The translations under genes and the position numbers were made by a program. Of a stretch of 64,000 nt of DNA, positions 49,736 to 60,830 are shown in pieces; within the stretch, counting starts at the first letter, position 1; the number at the start of each line of letters is the position of its first letter. The stretch is taken from assembly GCF_963921235.1 (NCBI RefSeq), contig NC_086108.1, positions 10,850,001-10,914,000 on the forward strand, written 5' to 3'. This DNA comes from Mobula hypostoma. Its lineage: Eukaryota. Under the pieces are notes generated by a model, which made no database searches, had not been told where the DNA came from, and saw only the letters and a program-made list of their open reading frames with translations.

Positions 49736-50904
49736 GGAGCTTGCTTTGTGGATCCAGAATTAGCTTGCCCACAGAAGGCAAAGGGTGGTTGTAGCTGGTT
49801 CGTACTCTGCATGGAGGTCAGTGACCAGTGGTGTGCCTCAGGGATCTGTTCTGGGACCCCTCCTCTTTGTGATTTTTATAAGTGACCTGGATGAGGAAGT
49901 AGAAGGGTGGGTTAGTAAGATTGCTGATGACACAAGGTTAGGGGTGTTGTGGATAGCCTGGAGGGTTGTCAGAGGTTACAGCGGGACATCCATAGGATGC
50001 AGATTTGGGCTGAGAAGTGGCAGATGGAGTTCACGGGTGAAGTGGTTCATTTCAGTAGGTCAAATTTGAAGACAGAATATAATATTAATGGTAAGACTCT
50101 TGGCAACGTGGAGGATCAAAGAGATCTTAGGGTCTATGTCCCTCGGACACTCAAAGCTGCTGCGCAGGTTGACAATGTTGTTAAGAAGGTGTATGGCGTG
50201 TTGGTCTTCATCAACCGTGAGACTGAATTCAAGAGCCGTGAGGTTCAGTTCTGGTTACCTCACTGCAGGAAGGAGTGCAGAGGAGATTTACAAGGATGTT
50301 GCCTGGATTGGAGAGTGTGCCTTATGAAAATAGGTTGAGTGAACTTGGCCTTTTCTCCTTGTAGCAATGGAGGATGAAAGGCTAATAGACATAGGATGAT
50401 GAGAGGCATTGATCATGTGGATATCCAGAGGCTTTTTCCCAGGGCTCAAATGGCTAACACGTGGGGGCATATTTTAAGATGCTTGGACGTAGGTTAGAGG
50501 GGGGATGCCAAGGTAAGTTTTTCACACAGAGAGTAGTAGTTGTCAGAATCAGAATCAGGTTTATTATCACCAGCATCTGGAATGCACTACCAGTGATGGT
50601 GGAAGAGGTGGATACAATAGGCTCTTTTGAGAGGCTCTTAGAGAGGTACATGGAGTTTAGTAAAGTAGATGGCTATGCAGTAGGGAAATTCTAACCTATG
50701 CCCCAGTAGGACTGATGGGCTAAACTAAGAGTAATCTCCCACATAGCCCTCTCACATTTTCTTTAATCCATGTGTCTATGTAAACCTTCCTTAAATGTCC
50801 TTAATATATCTGCGGCTACCACCACCCTGCCAGCACATTCCACGCACCCCCCTCTTTCTGTTTAGAAATCCTACCTTTGACATTCCCTATAATTTCCTTA
50901 ATCA

Positions 50905-51323
50905 GCGTCATTATGTGCCGTGTCATATGACATCATTGTTATAAGCTGTGTCGTATGACATCATCATTATGTGCCGTGTTGTATGATGTGAACAATCATA
51001 TTCTTGGCAAATATTTCTACAGAAGTTGTTTGTCATTAGCTTCTTCCAGACAGTGTCTTTACAAGTTGGGTGACCCCAATCATTATCAATACTCTTCAGA
51101 TATTTCCTTCCTGGTGTCAGTGGTTACATAACCAGGACTTGTGATCTGCACCGGCTGCTCATGCAACCATCCACCACCTGCTCCCAAGGCTTCACCTGCC
51201 TCTGATCTGAGGGGGAGGGGCTAAGCAGGTGCTACACCTTGCCCAAGGGTGACCTGCAGGGTAGCGGAAGGAGGGAGCACCTTACACCTCCTTTGGAAGA
51301 GGCATAGCTCCAGCCCACCACCC
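50905..51323 (-). mobile_element. SINE-like element with triplicated ~27-bp tail
   Basis: The head is the reverse complement of 20062-20195; TCATTATGTGCCGTGTC.TATGA is repeated about 3 times at 50905-50990. Confidence 0.55.
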
Positions 51324-51674
51324 AGTAATTTCCTCCAAACAGCTGAAAATTATGCTCCCCTTGTATTAGCCGTTTCTGCCCTGGGAAAAGTCTCTGGCTA
51401 TCCACTCTATCTATACCTCTCTTCATCTTGTACACCTCCATCAGGTCACCTCTCACCTTCCTTCACTCCAAAGAGAAAAGCCCTAGCTCGCTCAACCTAT
51501 CTTCATAAGGCATGCTCTCTAATCCAGGAAGCATCCTGGTAAATTTTCTCTGCACACTCTCTAACATTTCGTCATTCGTGCCTTGGTCAGGTGAGTGGAG
51601 AAGGCGAGTGGATGTTCAGCGCTCTCTACCAGCCTCTTGCTCGCTGCTGCCAGAGAAACTTGTCTGTGTGTGAT

Positions 51675-51716
<42 letters not shown>

Positions 51717-53136
51717 GGGAAGACGAACTTCAGGGTTGTAAACTACATACATACTTCGATAATAAATGTACTTTGAACATTGAGAGAGCAATGTTTGTGA
51801 CTTCAGAGTGGAGAATTCAAGAAATAATAGACAAAATTCATAAATGAATTGCAACTTAATTAAGTATCCTACTTCAGCGAATAATTTTGGTTATTTTCGC
51901 TCTAAACACTTGGACAAAGTGAGTGGTGGTGCAGTTGCAAGTTGAAAATAGATGCTGACTAATGCTGGTGGTTTAATTAATGATCGCTTGAGCTTTTAGA
52001 AAGACAGGGTCCAACTAAAGGAGTGGCAGTCCAGGCTTCACTGGTTTACTGGCGGCACCCACAGTGGGGAGCTGCATGACCTTGGTCATAGTGAGGACCA
52101 TCCCCAGAGCTGCAATGTCACCAATTTTCAGCCACCCAGGGGAGAGACATCGGAGTCCGTGTGGCATCGGTGCAACCCCTCCAGTGTCCGCTCGTCGGAA
52201 GACAAGCTGTATTGTGTTTGACTGCAGACTGCTGCAACACTCGTGGACTCGGGGACTTGGACTATATTTTCTGTGTGATTGTATTTTATTGTTATCTTAT
52301 ATGTTCTTGCTGTATTATATGTGCCTGACACTGTATATGATGGTTTCTACCTTGGCCCCTGAGGAACACTGCTCCCTTTGGCTGTACGGTTGAATGACAA
52401 TTAAACTTGAAATTGAAATCTCTTGTGAAACAGCGACCCAAAGCCGGTTCTTCATGGCCACCACCACCCTGGGGATCACTGTGGATTTCAGACTTATTTG
52501 TAACATGTACATCAAAACGCTCAGTGAAATGCCTCACTTGCATTAACAACCAACATAACCTAAGGAGGTGTGGGGGCAGCCCTCAGCTGTCAGATCAAAT
52601 GGTTCAATTTAATATCCGAAAATATATTCAGTATACAGCCTGAAATTCTTACTCTTTGCAGACATCCACGAAACAAGAAACCCCATAGAATGGATGATAG
52701 TAACGTCAGAATCCCAAAGCCCCCCCTCCCCCTCCATCCCACACACGAGCAGCAGCAACAGCACCAATTCCTGATGGATACAACTGAACATGCTTCTGTT
52801 TGTTGGACAATACTTTTCCAGAGATTTCCATGATGCCGAGGCTCATTGTTTTCGATCAAATACTTTGAAGTTGCTTGTTAAATTACAGTCTTGTAACCAA
52901 CAGCCAGATCTGTTACGAAAAACAAGCAATGCGCATTCAGGGACAGGTGCCAGAGAGGCTGCTAATCACCCTGGATTCACATCACTAAACAGGAGATGGT
53001 GTCACCTTCTCCGGCTGCGAAGCCAGCCAGTGTTTGTCTGCCTGACGGTCTCTAGGCCAGGTGCTGATGGGTGGAAGGTGGTGAGGTGATGTTTTGTGTC
53101 AGGTACTGCTAAACTTTGTCCATGGTGTACCCTGGG

Positions 53137-54155
53137 TTAGAGATAGAGAGAGAGAGAGAGATAGAGACAGATAGAGAGAGAGAGAGGAGAAAAGAGAGAG
53201 GGGAAGGGAGAGAGGGGAAGGGAGAGAGGGGAAGTGAGAGAGGGGAAGTGAGAGAGGGGAAGGGAGAGAGGGGAAGGGAGAGAGGGGAAGGGAGAGAGGG
53301 GAAGGGAGAGAGGGGAAGGGAGAGAGGGGAAGGGAGGGGGAGAGAGAGAGAGAGGGAGAGAGAGTGGGAGAGAGAGTGGGAGAGAGAGAGAAGGGAAAGA
53401 AAGAGGGAGAGAGGGAGAAAGAGAGTGTGGGAGAGAGAGGGAACCAAGGGAGTGTGAGGGGGAGAGAGAGACGGAAAGAAAGAGTGAGGGAGAGAGTGAG
53501 TGTGAGAAAAAGAGAGAGTGCGAGAGAGAGGGGAGAAGGGGAGAGAGAGACTGGGAGAGAGAGGGAAAGAAAGAGATAAGGAGAGAGAGAGGGAGAGAGA
53601 GTGAGAGGGAGAGAGAGAGTGAGGGAGATAGAGTGAAAAGAGAGGGGTAGTGTGAGAGGGAGAGGAGGAGAGACAGAAACAGAGAGAGTGAGAGAGAGGG
53701 AGAAGGGTTCAGAGAGAGGGAGGGAGAGAGGGAGGGAGGGAGGGAGGGAGAGAGGGAGGGAGGGAGGGAGGGAGAGAGGGAGGGAGAGAGGGAGGGAGGG
53801 AGAGAGGGAGGGAGAGAAAGAGAGTGAGGGAGAGAGATAGTGCAAGAGGGTGAGAGAGAGAGACAGAGAGAGAAAAAGGGAGAGACAGAGAGAAAGAGAG
53901 GGAAAGAAAGTATGTGAGCATGAGAGAGTGAGAGGGAGAGAGAGAGGGAGAAAGAGGCAGACACAGAAAGAGTCAGATAGTGAGAGAAGGAGAGAGGGAT
54001 AAGGTGAAAGAGAGAGGGAGGGACTGGGAGGGAGAGAGAGAGAATGAGTAACTACAGAGAGAGATGAAAGCTGGAGAGAGTGAGAGAGAGTGGACGAGAA
54101 GAGAGCTAGAGGGAGGGAAGGAGAGGGAAACAAGAAAGAGTGAGATTAGAGAGAG
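53137..54155. repeat. ~1-kb (GA)/(GGGA)-rich polypurine low-complexity tract
   Basis: Almost entirely purines on the + strand; includes a 14-bp GGGAAGGGAGAGAG run at ~53197-53335. Confidence 0.95.
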
Positions 54156-54656
54156 CTATCAGGATAAAGTGAAAAGAGGTGTACAGGATATGATAAGCAC
54201 AAGAGATTCTGCAGATGCTGGAAATTGTCATAAGGCGCTGGCTGGGAACTGACCCAAGTGCAAGACACAGACACTGAAGTACTAGGGGCAGGACTAGGAT
54301 ACAGGCTGAGGGCAAGGACATGGACATGAAAACTGGGAACCTGGAACAGGACTGGACAAGAGAGCTAGGAGCCCGGGCTTGGACTCCGAGCCAGAGACTG
54401 GACAAGGACCCAGTACCTTGGTCTTGCCTCTGGCTCGGACCCCAGAACTAGGCAAGGATGGGGCTTGGCAGGCAAGCAAGACGTGGCTGGAGTCTTCAGG
54501 CTTGAGGCTAGAGGCAAGGCTAGGCAGGAGGCAGGAGGCTGGAGTCTTCAGGCTTGAGGCTAGGCAGGAGGCTGGAGTCTCCAGGTTTGAGGCTAGGCAG
54601 GAGGCTGGAGTCTTCAGGCTTGAGGCTAGGCAGGAGGCTGGAGTCTTCAGGCTTGA

Positions 54657-56900
54657 AACCATAGAAACTACAGCAAAGAAACAGGCCTTTTGTCCCTTCT
54701 TGGCTGTGCCAAACCATTTTCTGCCTAGTCCCGCTGACCTGCATACAGGCCATATCCCTCCATACACGCCCCATCCATGTATCTGTCCAATTTATTCTTA
54801 AATGTTAAAAAAGAACCCACATTTACCACCTCATCTGGCAGCTCATTCCATACTCCTACCACTCTCTGTGTGAAGAAGCCCCCCCCTAATGTTCCCTTTA
54901 AACTTTTCCCCCCTCACCCTTAACCCATGTCCTCTGGTTTTTTTCTCCCCTTGCCTCAGTGGAAAAAGCCTACTTGCATTCACTCTATCTATACCCATCA
55001 TAATTTTATATACCTCTATCAAATCTCCCCTCATTCTTCTACGCTCCAGGGAATAAAGTCCTAACCCATTCAACCTTTCTCTGTAACTGAGTTTCTCAAG
55101 TCCTGGCAACATCCTTGTAAACCTTCTCTGCACTCTTTCAACCTTATTTATATCCTTCCTGTAATTTGGTGACCAAAACTGAACACAATACTCCAGATTC
55201 GGCCTCACCAATGCCTTATACAACCTCATCATAACATTCCAGCTCTTATACTCAATACTTTGATTAATAAAGGCCAATGTACCAAAAGCTCTCTTTACGA
55301 CCCTATCTACTTGTGATGCCACTTTTAGGGAATTTTGTATCTGTATTCCCAGATCCCTCTGTTCTACTGCACTCCTCAGTGCCTTACCATTAACCCTATA
55401 TGTTCTACCTTGGTTTGTCCTTCCAACGTGCAATACCTCACACTTGTCAGTATTAAACTCCATTTGCCATTTTTCAGTCCATTTTTCCAGCTGGTCCAAG
55501 TCCCTCTGCAGGCTCTGAAAACCTTCCTCACTGTCTACTACACCTCCAATCTTTGTATCATCAGCAAATTTGCTGATCCAATTTACCACATTATCATCCA
55601 GGTCATTGATATAGATGACAAATAACAATGGACCCAGCACTGATCCCTGTGGCACACCACTAGTCACAGGCCTCCACTCAGAGAAGCAATTCTCTACCAC
55701 CACTCTTTGGCTTCTTCCATTGAGCCAATGTCTAATCCAATTTACCACCTCTCCATGTATACCTAGCGACTGAATTTTCCTAACTAACCTCCCATGCGGG
55801 ACCTTGTCAAAGGCCTTGCTGAAATCCACGTAGATAATATCCACTGCCTTCCCTTCATCCACTTTCCTGGTAACCTCCTCGAAAAACTCCAATAGATTGG
55901 TCAAACATGACCTACCATGCACAAAGCCATGTTGACTCTCCCTAATAAGTCCCTGTCTATCCAAATGCTTGTAGATTCTGTCTCTTAGTACTCCCTCCAA
56001 TAACTTACCTACTACCGACGTTAAACTCACCGGCCTATAATTTCCCAGATTACTTTTCGATCCTTTTTTAAACAACGGAAAAACATGAGCCACTCTCCAA
56101 TCCTCCGGCACCTCACCCGTAGACAGCGACATTTTAAATATTTCTGCCAGGGCCCCCGCAATTTCAACACTAGTCTCCTTCAAGGTCCGAGGGAACACTC
56201 TGTCAGGTCCCGGGGATTTATCCACTTTAATTTTCCTCATGACAGCAAGCACCTCCTCCTTTTCAATCTGTACAGTTTCCATGATCTCACTACTTGTTTC
56301 CCTTAATTCCATAGACTTCATGCCAGTTTCCTTAGTAAATACAGACGCAAAAAAACTATTTAAGATCTCCCCCATTTCCTTTGGTTCCGCACATAACAGA
56401 CCACTCTGATCTTCAAGAGGACCAATTTTATCCCTTACAATCCTTTTACTCTTAATATACCTGTAAAAGCTCTTTGGATTATCCTTCACTTTGACTGCCA
56501 AGGTAACCTCATGTCTTCTTTTAGCCCTCCTGATTTCCTTCTTAAGTATTTTCTTGCACTTTTTATACTCCTCAAGCACCTGATTTACCCCCTGTTCCCT
56601 ATACATTTCATACAACTCCCTCTTCTTCTTTATCAGAGTTGCAATATCCCTTGAGAACCAAGGTTCCTTATCCCTATTCAATTTGCCTTTAATCCTGACA
56701 GGAACATACAAACTCTGCACTCTCAAAATTTCCCCTTTGAAGGCTTCCCACCTACCAATCACATCTTTGCCAGCGAACAACCTGTCCCAATCCACGCTTC
56801 TTAGATCCTTTCTCATTTCTTCAAATTTGGCCTTCTTCCAGTTCAGAACCTCAATCCTAGGACCAGATCTATCCTTGTCCATGAACAAATTGAAACTAAT
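54657..56900 (-). mobile_element. Young 5'-truncated CR1 LINE
   Basis: Contains the 681-aa ORF; the host LTR repeat GGCTTGA|GGCTAGAGGC resumes on both sides. Confidence 0.95.
54843..56888 (-). CDS. CR1 ORF2 fragment (end of APE, tether, complete RT domain); likely frameshift in a G-run near 54880
   Basis: [56 protein letters not shown]; no native start, so not an intact gene. Confidence 0.8.
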   Translation of the reverse strand: MFMDKDRSGPRIEVLNWKKAKFEEMRKDLRSVDWDRLFAGKDVIGRWEAFKGEILRVQSLYVPVRIKGKLNRDKEPWFSRDIATLIKKKRELYEMYREQGVNQVLEEYKKCKKILKKEIRRAKRRHEVTLAVKVKDNPKSFYRYIKSKRIVRDKIGPLEDQSGLLCAEPKEMGEILNSFFASVFTKETGMKSMELRETSSEIMETVQIEKEEVLAVMRKIKVDKSPGPDRVFPRTLKETSVEIAGALAEIFKMSLSTGEVPEDWRVAHVFPLFKKGSKSNLGNYRPVSLTSVVGKLLEGVLRDRIYKHLDRQGLIRESQHGFVHGRSCLTNLLEFFEEVTRKVDEGKAVDIIYVDFSKAFDKVPHGRLVRKIQSLGIHGEVVNWIRHWLNGRSQRVVVENCFSEWRPVTSGVPQGSVLGPLLFVIYINDLDDNVVNWISKFADDTKIGGVVDSEEGFQSLQRDLDQLEKWTEKWQMEFNTDKCEVLHVGRTNQGRTYRVNGKALRSAVEQRDLGIQIQNSLKVASQVDRVVKRAFGTLAFINQSIEYKSWNVMMRLYKALVRPNLEYCVQFWSPNYRKDINKVERVQRRFTRMLPGLEKLSYRERLNGLGLYSLERRRMRGDLIEVYKIMMGIDRVNASRLFPLRQGEKKTRGHGLRVRGEKFKGNIRGGLLHTESGRSME

Positions 56901-57714
56901 GGCTAGAGGCTAGAGACATGAGGTGAGGCTTGGCAGGAGGCAGGAGGCTGGAGTCTTCAGGCTTGAGGTTAGAGGCTAGAGACGAGGCTTGGCAGGAGGC
57001 AGGAGGCTGGGGTCTTCAGGCTAGAGGCTAGAGGCTAGAGGCTAGGGACTAGGGGCTAGGCAGGCTCCTCCTAGGCAGGGTACGGTACTCCTGGGCAGGG
57101 CGCGGATCACCACCCGACGGAGGAGTGGGACAGGAAGGGACAGAACCAACCGCAGGTAACGGCAAGACGGCCTGACTTATCTGGGCTGAGGCAAGGGACA
57201 GGAAGGGAGCTAGGTACAGGGTGGCTCCAGGACAAGACTGCAGGCAAGATGAGATGAGAGTTACCAGCAAGACAAGGCAAGGCTTCTGGCAAAGCAAGGC
57301 GAGACGAGAACTTCGGACGAGGGGAGAGTTACCGGCAAGACAAGACAGGGCTTCAGGCGAGGAAACAGAAGGCAGGGGAAGGGATACAAGGAGTAAGGAC
57401 AAGAACAATCCAGCAGCCACACCCTGGTCTCTGGAGGTATTTATGCAGCCAGCCCCAATGAGCATCAGCTGACTCAATTAGAGCTCAACAAGAGCAGAAA
57501 CAGGGTAGACAGGAAAACCTGGAGCAAGGGTCCATGGACCGGACTGTGAACCAGAATACAGACTTCATGGACCAGACCATAACAGAAATACAGAATAAAC
57601 AGTCAACATTTCTTGTTGAGACCCTTCTGTAAAAGAAGTGGGAAGATGCCAAGGTCTCAGCACATAATGTCTGGTTCAATAGTCAGGCAGATGTTCACCA
57701 GCATCTCCTCCAAC

Positions 57715-57975
57715 CTGGCCATGCGATGTGGCCTCCTCTAGACTGAGGAGACCAGGTGTAAAACCAGTGACCGTTTCTCAAACTGCAGGCACTCTGTCCA
57801 GGTTGTCGATACCATTACATCTCACTCCCCCATTCCCACACTGACCTGTCTGGCCCCGGCCTCCTGCAATGCTGGGTTACACTAAACATCGGCTGAAGAA
57901 TAGCACGTCATATTCCGCCTGGGTGGTTTGCAGCCCAAAGGCACGCGCATTGAATTCCCCACTTTTTGGGTAACC
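57715..57975 (+). mobile_element. Old Penelope GIY-YIG remnant
   Basis: Aligns by eye to 62050-62400 (CGATGTGGCCTCCTCT..., CATATTCCGCCTGGG...GCAGCC). Confidence 0.6.
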
Positions 57976-57994
57976 CATTGACTCTGAGTTCCCC

Positions 57995-58640
57995 TTCAAA
58001 GTTCAAAGTAAATTTATAATCAAAGTACAGGTACATCACCATATAAAACCCTGAGATTTGTTTACTGGGGGACATTCACAGTAAATACAAGAGACACAAT
58101 AGAATCAATGAAAGACCATACCTAGCAGTACAGACAAGCAGCCAATTATCAAAACACAACAAACTGTGCAAACACTAAAAAATCAAATAATAATTATAAA
58201 CAAATATGTAATAAATATTGTGACTAAGAGATGAAGAGTCCTTGAAAGTGAGTCCATAGGTTGTGAGAACATTTCAGTGATTGATGGGGTGAGGGAAGTT
58301 GGGTGAAATGATTCCATTTGGTTCAAGAGTCTGATGGTTGAAGGGTAATACATTTTTCTGAACTTGGTGGTGTGAGTCCTGAGACTCCTATACCTTCCTG
58401 ATGGCAGCTGCAGGAAAAGAGCGCGTCCTGGGTGGTGGGGGTCCCTGACGATGGATGATGCTTTCCGACGACAGCGTTTCATGTAGATGTGCTCAGTGGC
58501 GGGGAGGACTTTACCCGTCGTGGATTGGACTATACTACTTTTCGTAGGATTTTCCATTCAAGGGCATTGGTGTTTCCATACCAGACTGTGATGCAGCCGG
58601 TCAATATACTCTCCATTGCCCATCCATGGAGGTTTGTCAA
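57995..58640 (-). mobile_element. Rex1/Babar-derived 3' fragment
   Basis: KASSIVRDPHHPGRALFLQLPSGRYRSLRTHTTKFR. Confidence 0.8.
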
Positions 58641-59477
58641 CAATTTAAATGAAATATGGAATAAATTAGAACACTATCAATATTGTTGCAGCGCTATAAA
58701 ACAGTGTATTAGTTTCTAATAGTTATCATTGGAGTAATTCATCCAGAGTACTCTGCTGTGTTCCTTTGATTGACTGCAAATGAACAAAATCAGCACAGAC
58801 ACCTTGTGCAGAAAATGGATTGGCTTCAAACGATGCTTTTGACAATCACATCCACCATTGGAACAATATCTTCAAATTCTTTGTAGTTTCTAACTTGTTG
58901 ATGTAGTGAAATCATATCCCTCTCACTCCCAGCCATTTCTGGCGTCTCCAAATCCTGAATGCTTGAAACCAGTGAGCCAAACAGTTCTGAATTGTCTTAC
59001 TGTTTATTTTCTGCCAACTATCAATGACATAAATCATTGCTCTTTGAACACGAGCACGCGCTTTATAGATAGGATAAGGGAAATTCTTCAGGTAGGTTTA
59101 AACAAGATAATAGACTACATAATTAAAACAATTACTTCCAGTGGGTCATGTGCTAATACTAAACCAATGAAAAATTAGAAACCGTTAGTTTAGCTGCTAT
59201 ACCGCTTTCTGCCAGTGTGTGTGAAAAATACATGAGTTTGTTAAAAAGTAGAAATCTTATAAAAAGTATTATTTAAAAAAAATATAGTAGTTTCCAACAG
59301 CTGTCTATGTGATTTGAATGTGGATGGTGTATAGATTGCAAGATAACCAGGTTTACCCTTTGGTGGTTCAACATGAGAAAACGAAACATTAGCCATTGGT
59401 TAATAAGATGCTTTGGCAGGTTCCTCGCATGTCTCCCAATGACGAGTGAGCTCAGTGGCTCCACAGAACCTTCTAAA

Positions 59478-60048
59478 AGACCATAAGACCATTAAACATA
59501 GCAGAAGAATTAGGCCATTTGGCCCATCAGGTCTGCTCCACCATTCCATCATGGCTGATTTATTATCCCCCTCAACTCCATTCTCCTGCCTTCTCCCCAT
59601 AACCTTGGGCACTTTCACTAATCAAGAACCTATCAACGTCCTCTTTAAATATACCCAATGACCTGGCCAACGCATCCCTCTGTGGCAATGAATTCCAGGG
59701 TTTCACTGCCCTCTGGCTGAAGAAATTCCTCCTCATCCCTGTTCTATAAGGACTTTGTTCTATTCTGAGGCTGTGTCCTCTGAAGTACCTTCTTCCTACC
59801 CACTCTATCTAGGCCTTCTAATATTCAATAGGTTTCAACAAGATCTCTCATTCTTCCAGACTCTAGTGAGTACAGGCCCAGAGCCATCAAGCATTCCTCA
59901 TTTGCTAACCCTTTCATTTCTGGAATTATCCCTGTGAAGCTCCTCAGGATCCACTCTAATGCCAGCACATTTTTTCTTAGATAAAGGACCCAAAACTGTT
60001 CACAATACTTCAAGTGCTGTCTGACCTGTGCTCTACAAAGCCTCAGGC
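59478..60048 (-). mobile_element. CR1 3' fragment
   Basis: RQHLKYCEQFWVLYLRKNVLALE...LMALGLYSLE plus 3'UTR. Confidence 0.85.
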
Positions 60049-60549
60049 TAATTGGACTCATTTACAAATCGCCTGATGGGACTCAGAACACAGCAAACTG
60101 TGTGCCTGAAGAGCTTGACGTGAGTTTTCAGTCAGTCACGTGTCTCGTCTTAGTCACAGACAAGATAGGCATTTGTTTCAATCATATTCAGTGCCCCGTT
60201 CAGCCAATACACACCAGAGTACAAATTATTCATGCTTAAAGAAGAACTATTTATTTTTAATTGAATTTTGACTCAGTGCGCTTTAGGATACATTAAAGTC
60301 TTTAGTTCAGCTTTCAAATTATCCTACTCTGTTTACAAAGCTGTTTTTATGAGAAAAAAACATTAATTGCTATTGAATCTTAATTAAGGAGAATGTATCC
60401 CTTTTAATCAGGCTGTGTTGACGAGGGCTTTTGAAAATCTATAAACATAAAGCAATTGCTTAGCAGTTACCAAGTGCTCTCTCGTTCATTTTTTGGGGAA
60501 GTGGAAATTGCCGGCAGGGACCAGTCTATGTAGTCTATATCTACGTACC

Positions 60550-60830
60550 CTTGGGAAGCTGGAGGAGATGGGCTTTCTTCCTGAAACACTGCAGTGAAAT
60601 TGCCCCAACAGTGCAACTTGAGAAGAGGGGGAGGAGTGAGATTCCTCTCTGAAACATTACAGTCCTCTTGATGAAATTGGAAAGAGCTGCAACTTGAGAA
60701 GGTGAGGGAGGTGAGCTTCCTCCTGAATTTCTGCAGTCCTCTTGGTGAAGCTGCCCCAACAGTATGACTTGAGAAGGTGGGGGAGGTGGGCCTCCATCCC
60801 TGAACCACTGCAGCCCTCTGGGTACAATGC
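60550..60830. repeat. Four degenerate ~70-75-bp tandem units
   Basis: CTTGAGAAGGTG.GGGAGGTG...CTGAA..ACTGCAGTCC recurs at ~60550, 60617, 60693 and 60768. Confidence 0.7.

Larger units (their letters stand above)
37540..50695 (+). mobile_element. Near-full-length decayed CR1 LINE hosting nested insertions
   Basis: ORF1 with CxxC start (VECSSCRMW), LSNSYTPL, IVIGD, IGTND (SGNH esterase-like); ORF2 APE (YFNARSI, GDFN) from ~38860; RT resumes after 49289 ([18 protein letters not shown]); C-terminal FFTQRVV...WNALP. Confidence 0.9.
54226..57584 (-). mobile_element. Solo LTR (related to 41622-49288, opposite orientation) with 5-bp TSD GAAAT, interrupted by a CR1
   Basis: TGTCAT...ATAACA termini; GAAAT at 54221-54225 and 57585-57589; internal 33-bp tandem repeats; inserted in a Penelope pLTR. 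Confidence 0.88.

Noticed and set aside
52790..53089. Possible host exon
   Set aside because: No recognisable domain or convincing splice-site pair
53099..54133. 344-aa Ser/Leu/Pro ORF and Glu/Arg ORFs
   Set aside because: Low-complexity purine tract
58680..59130. Possible pogo/Tigger-like DNA transposon remnant
   Set aside because: It looks repeat-like, but I could not show TIRs, a TSD or a transposase motif
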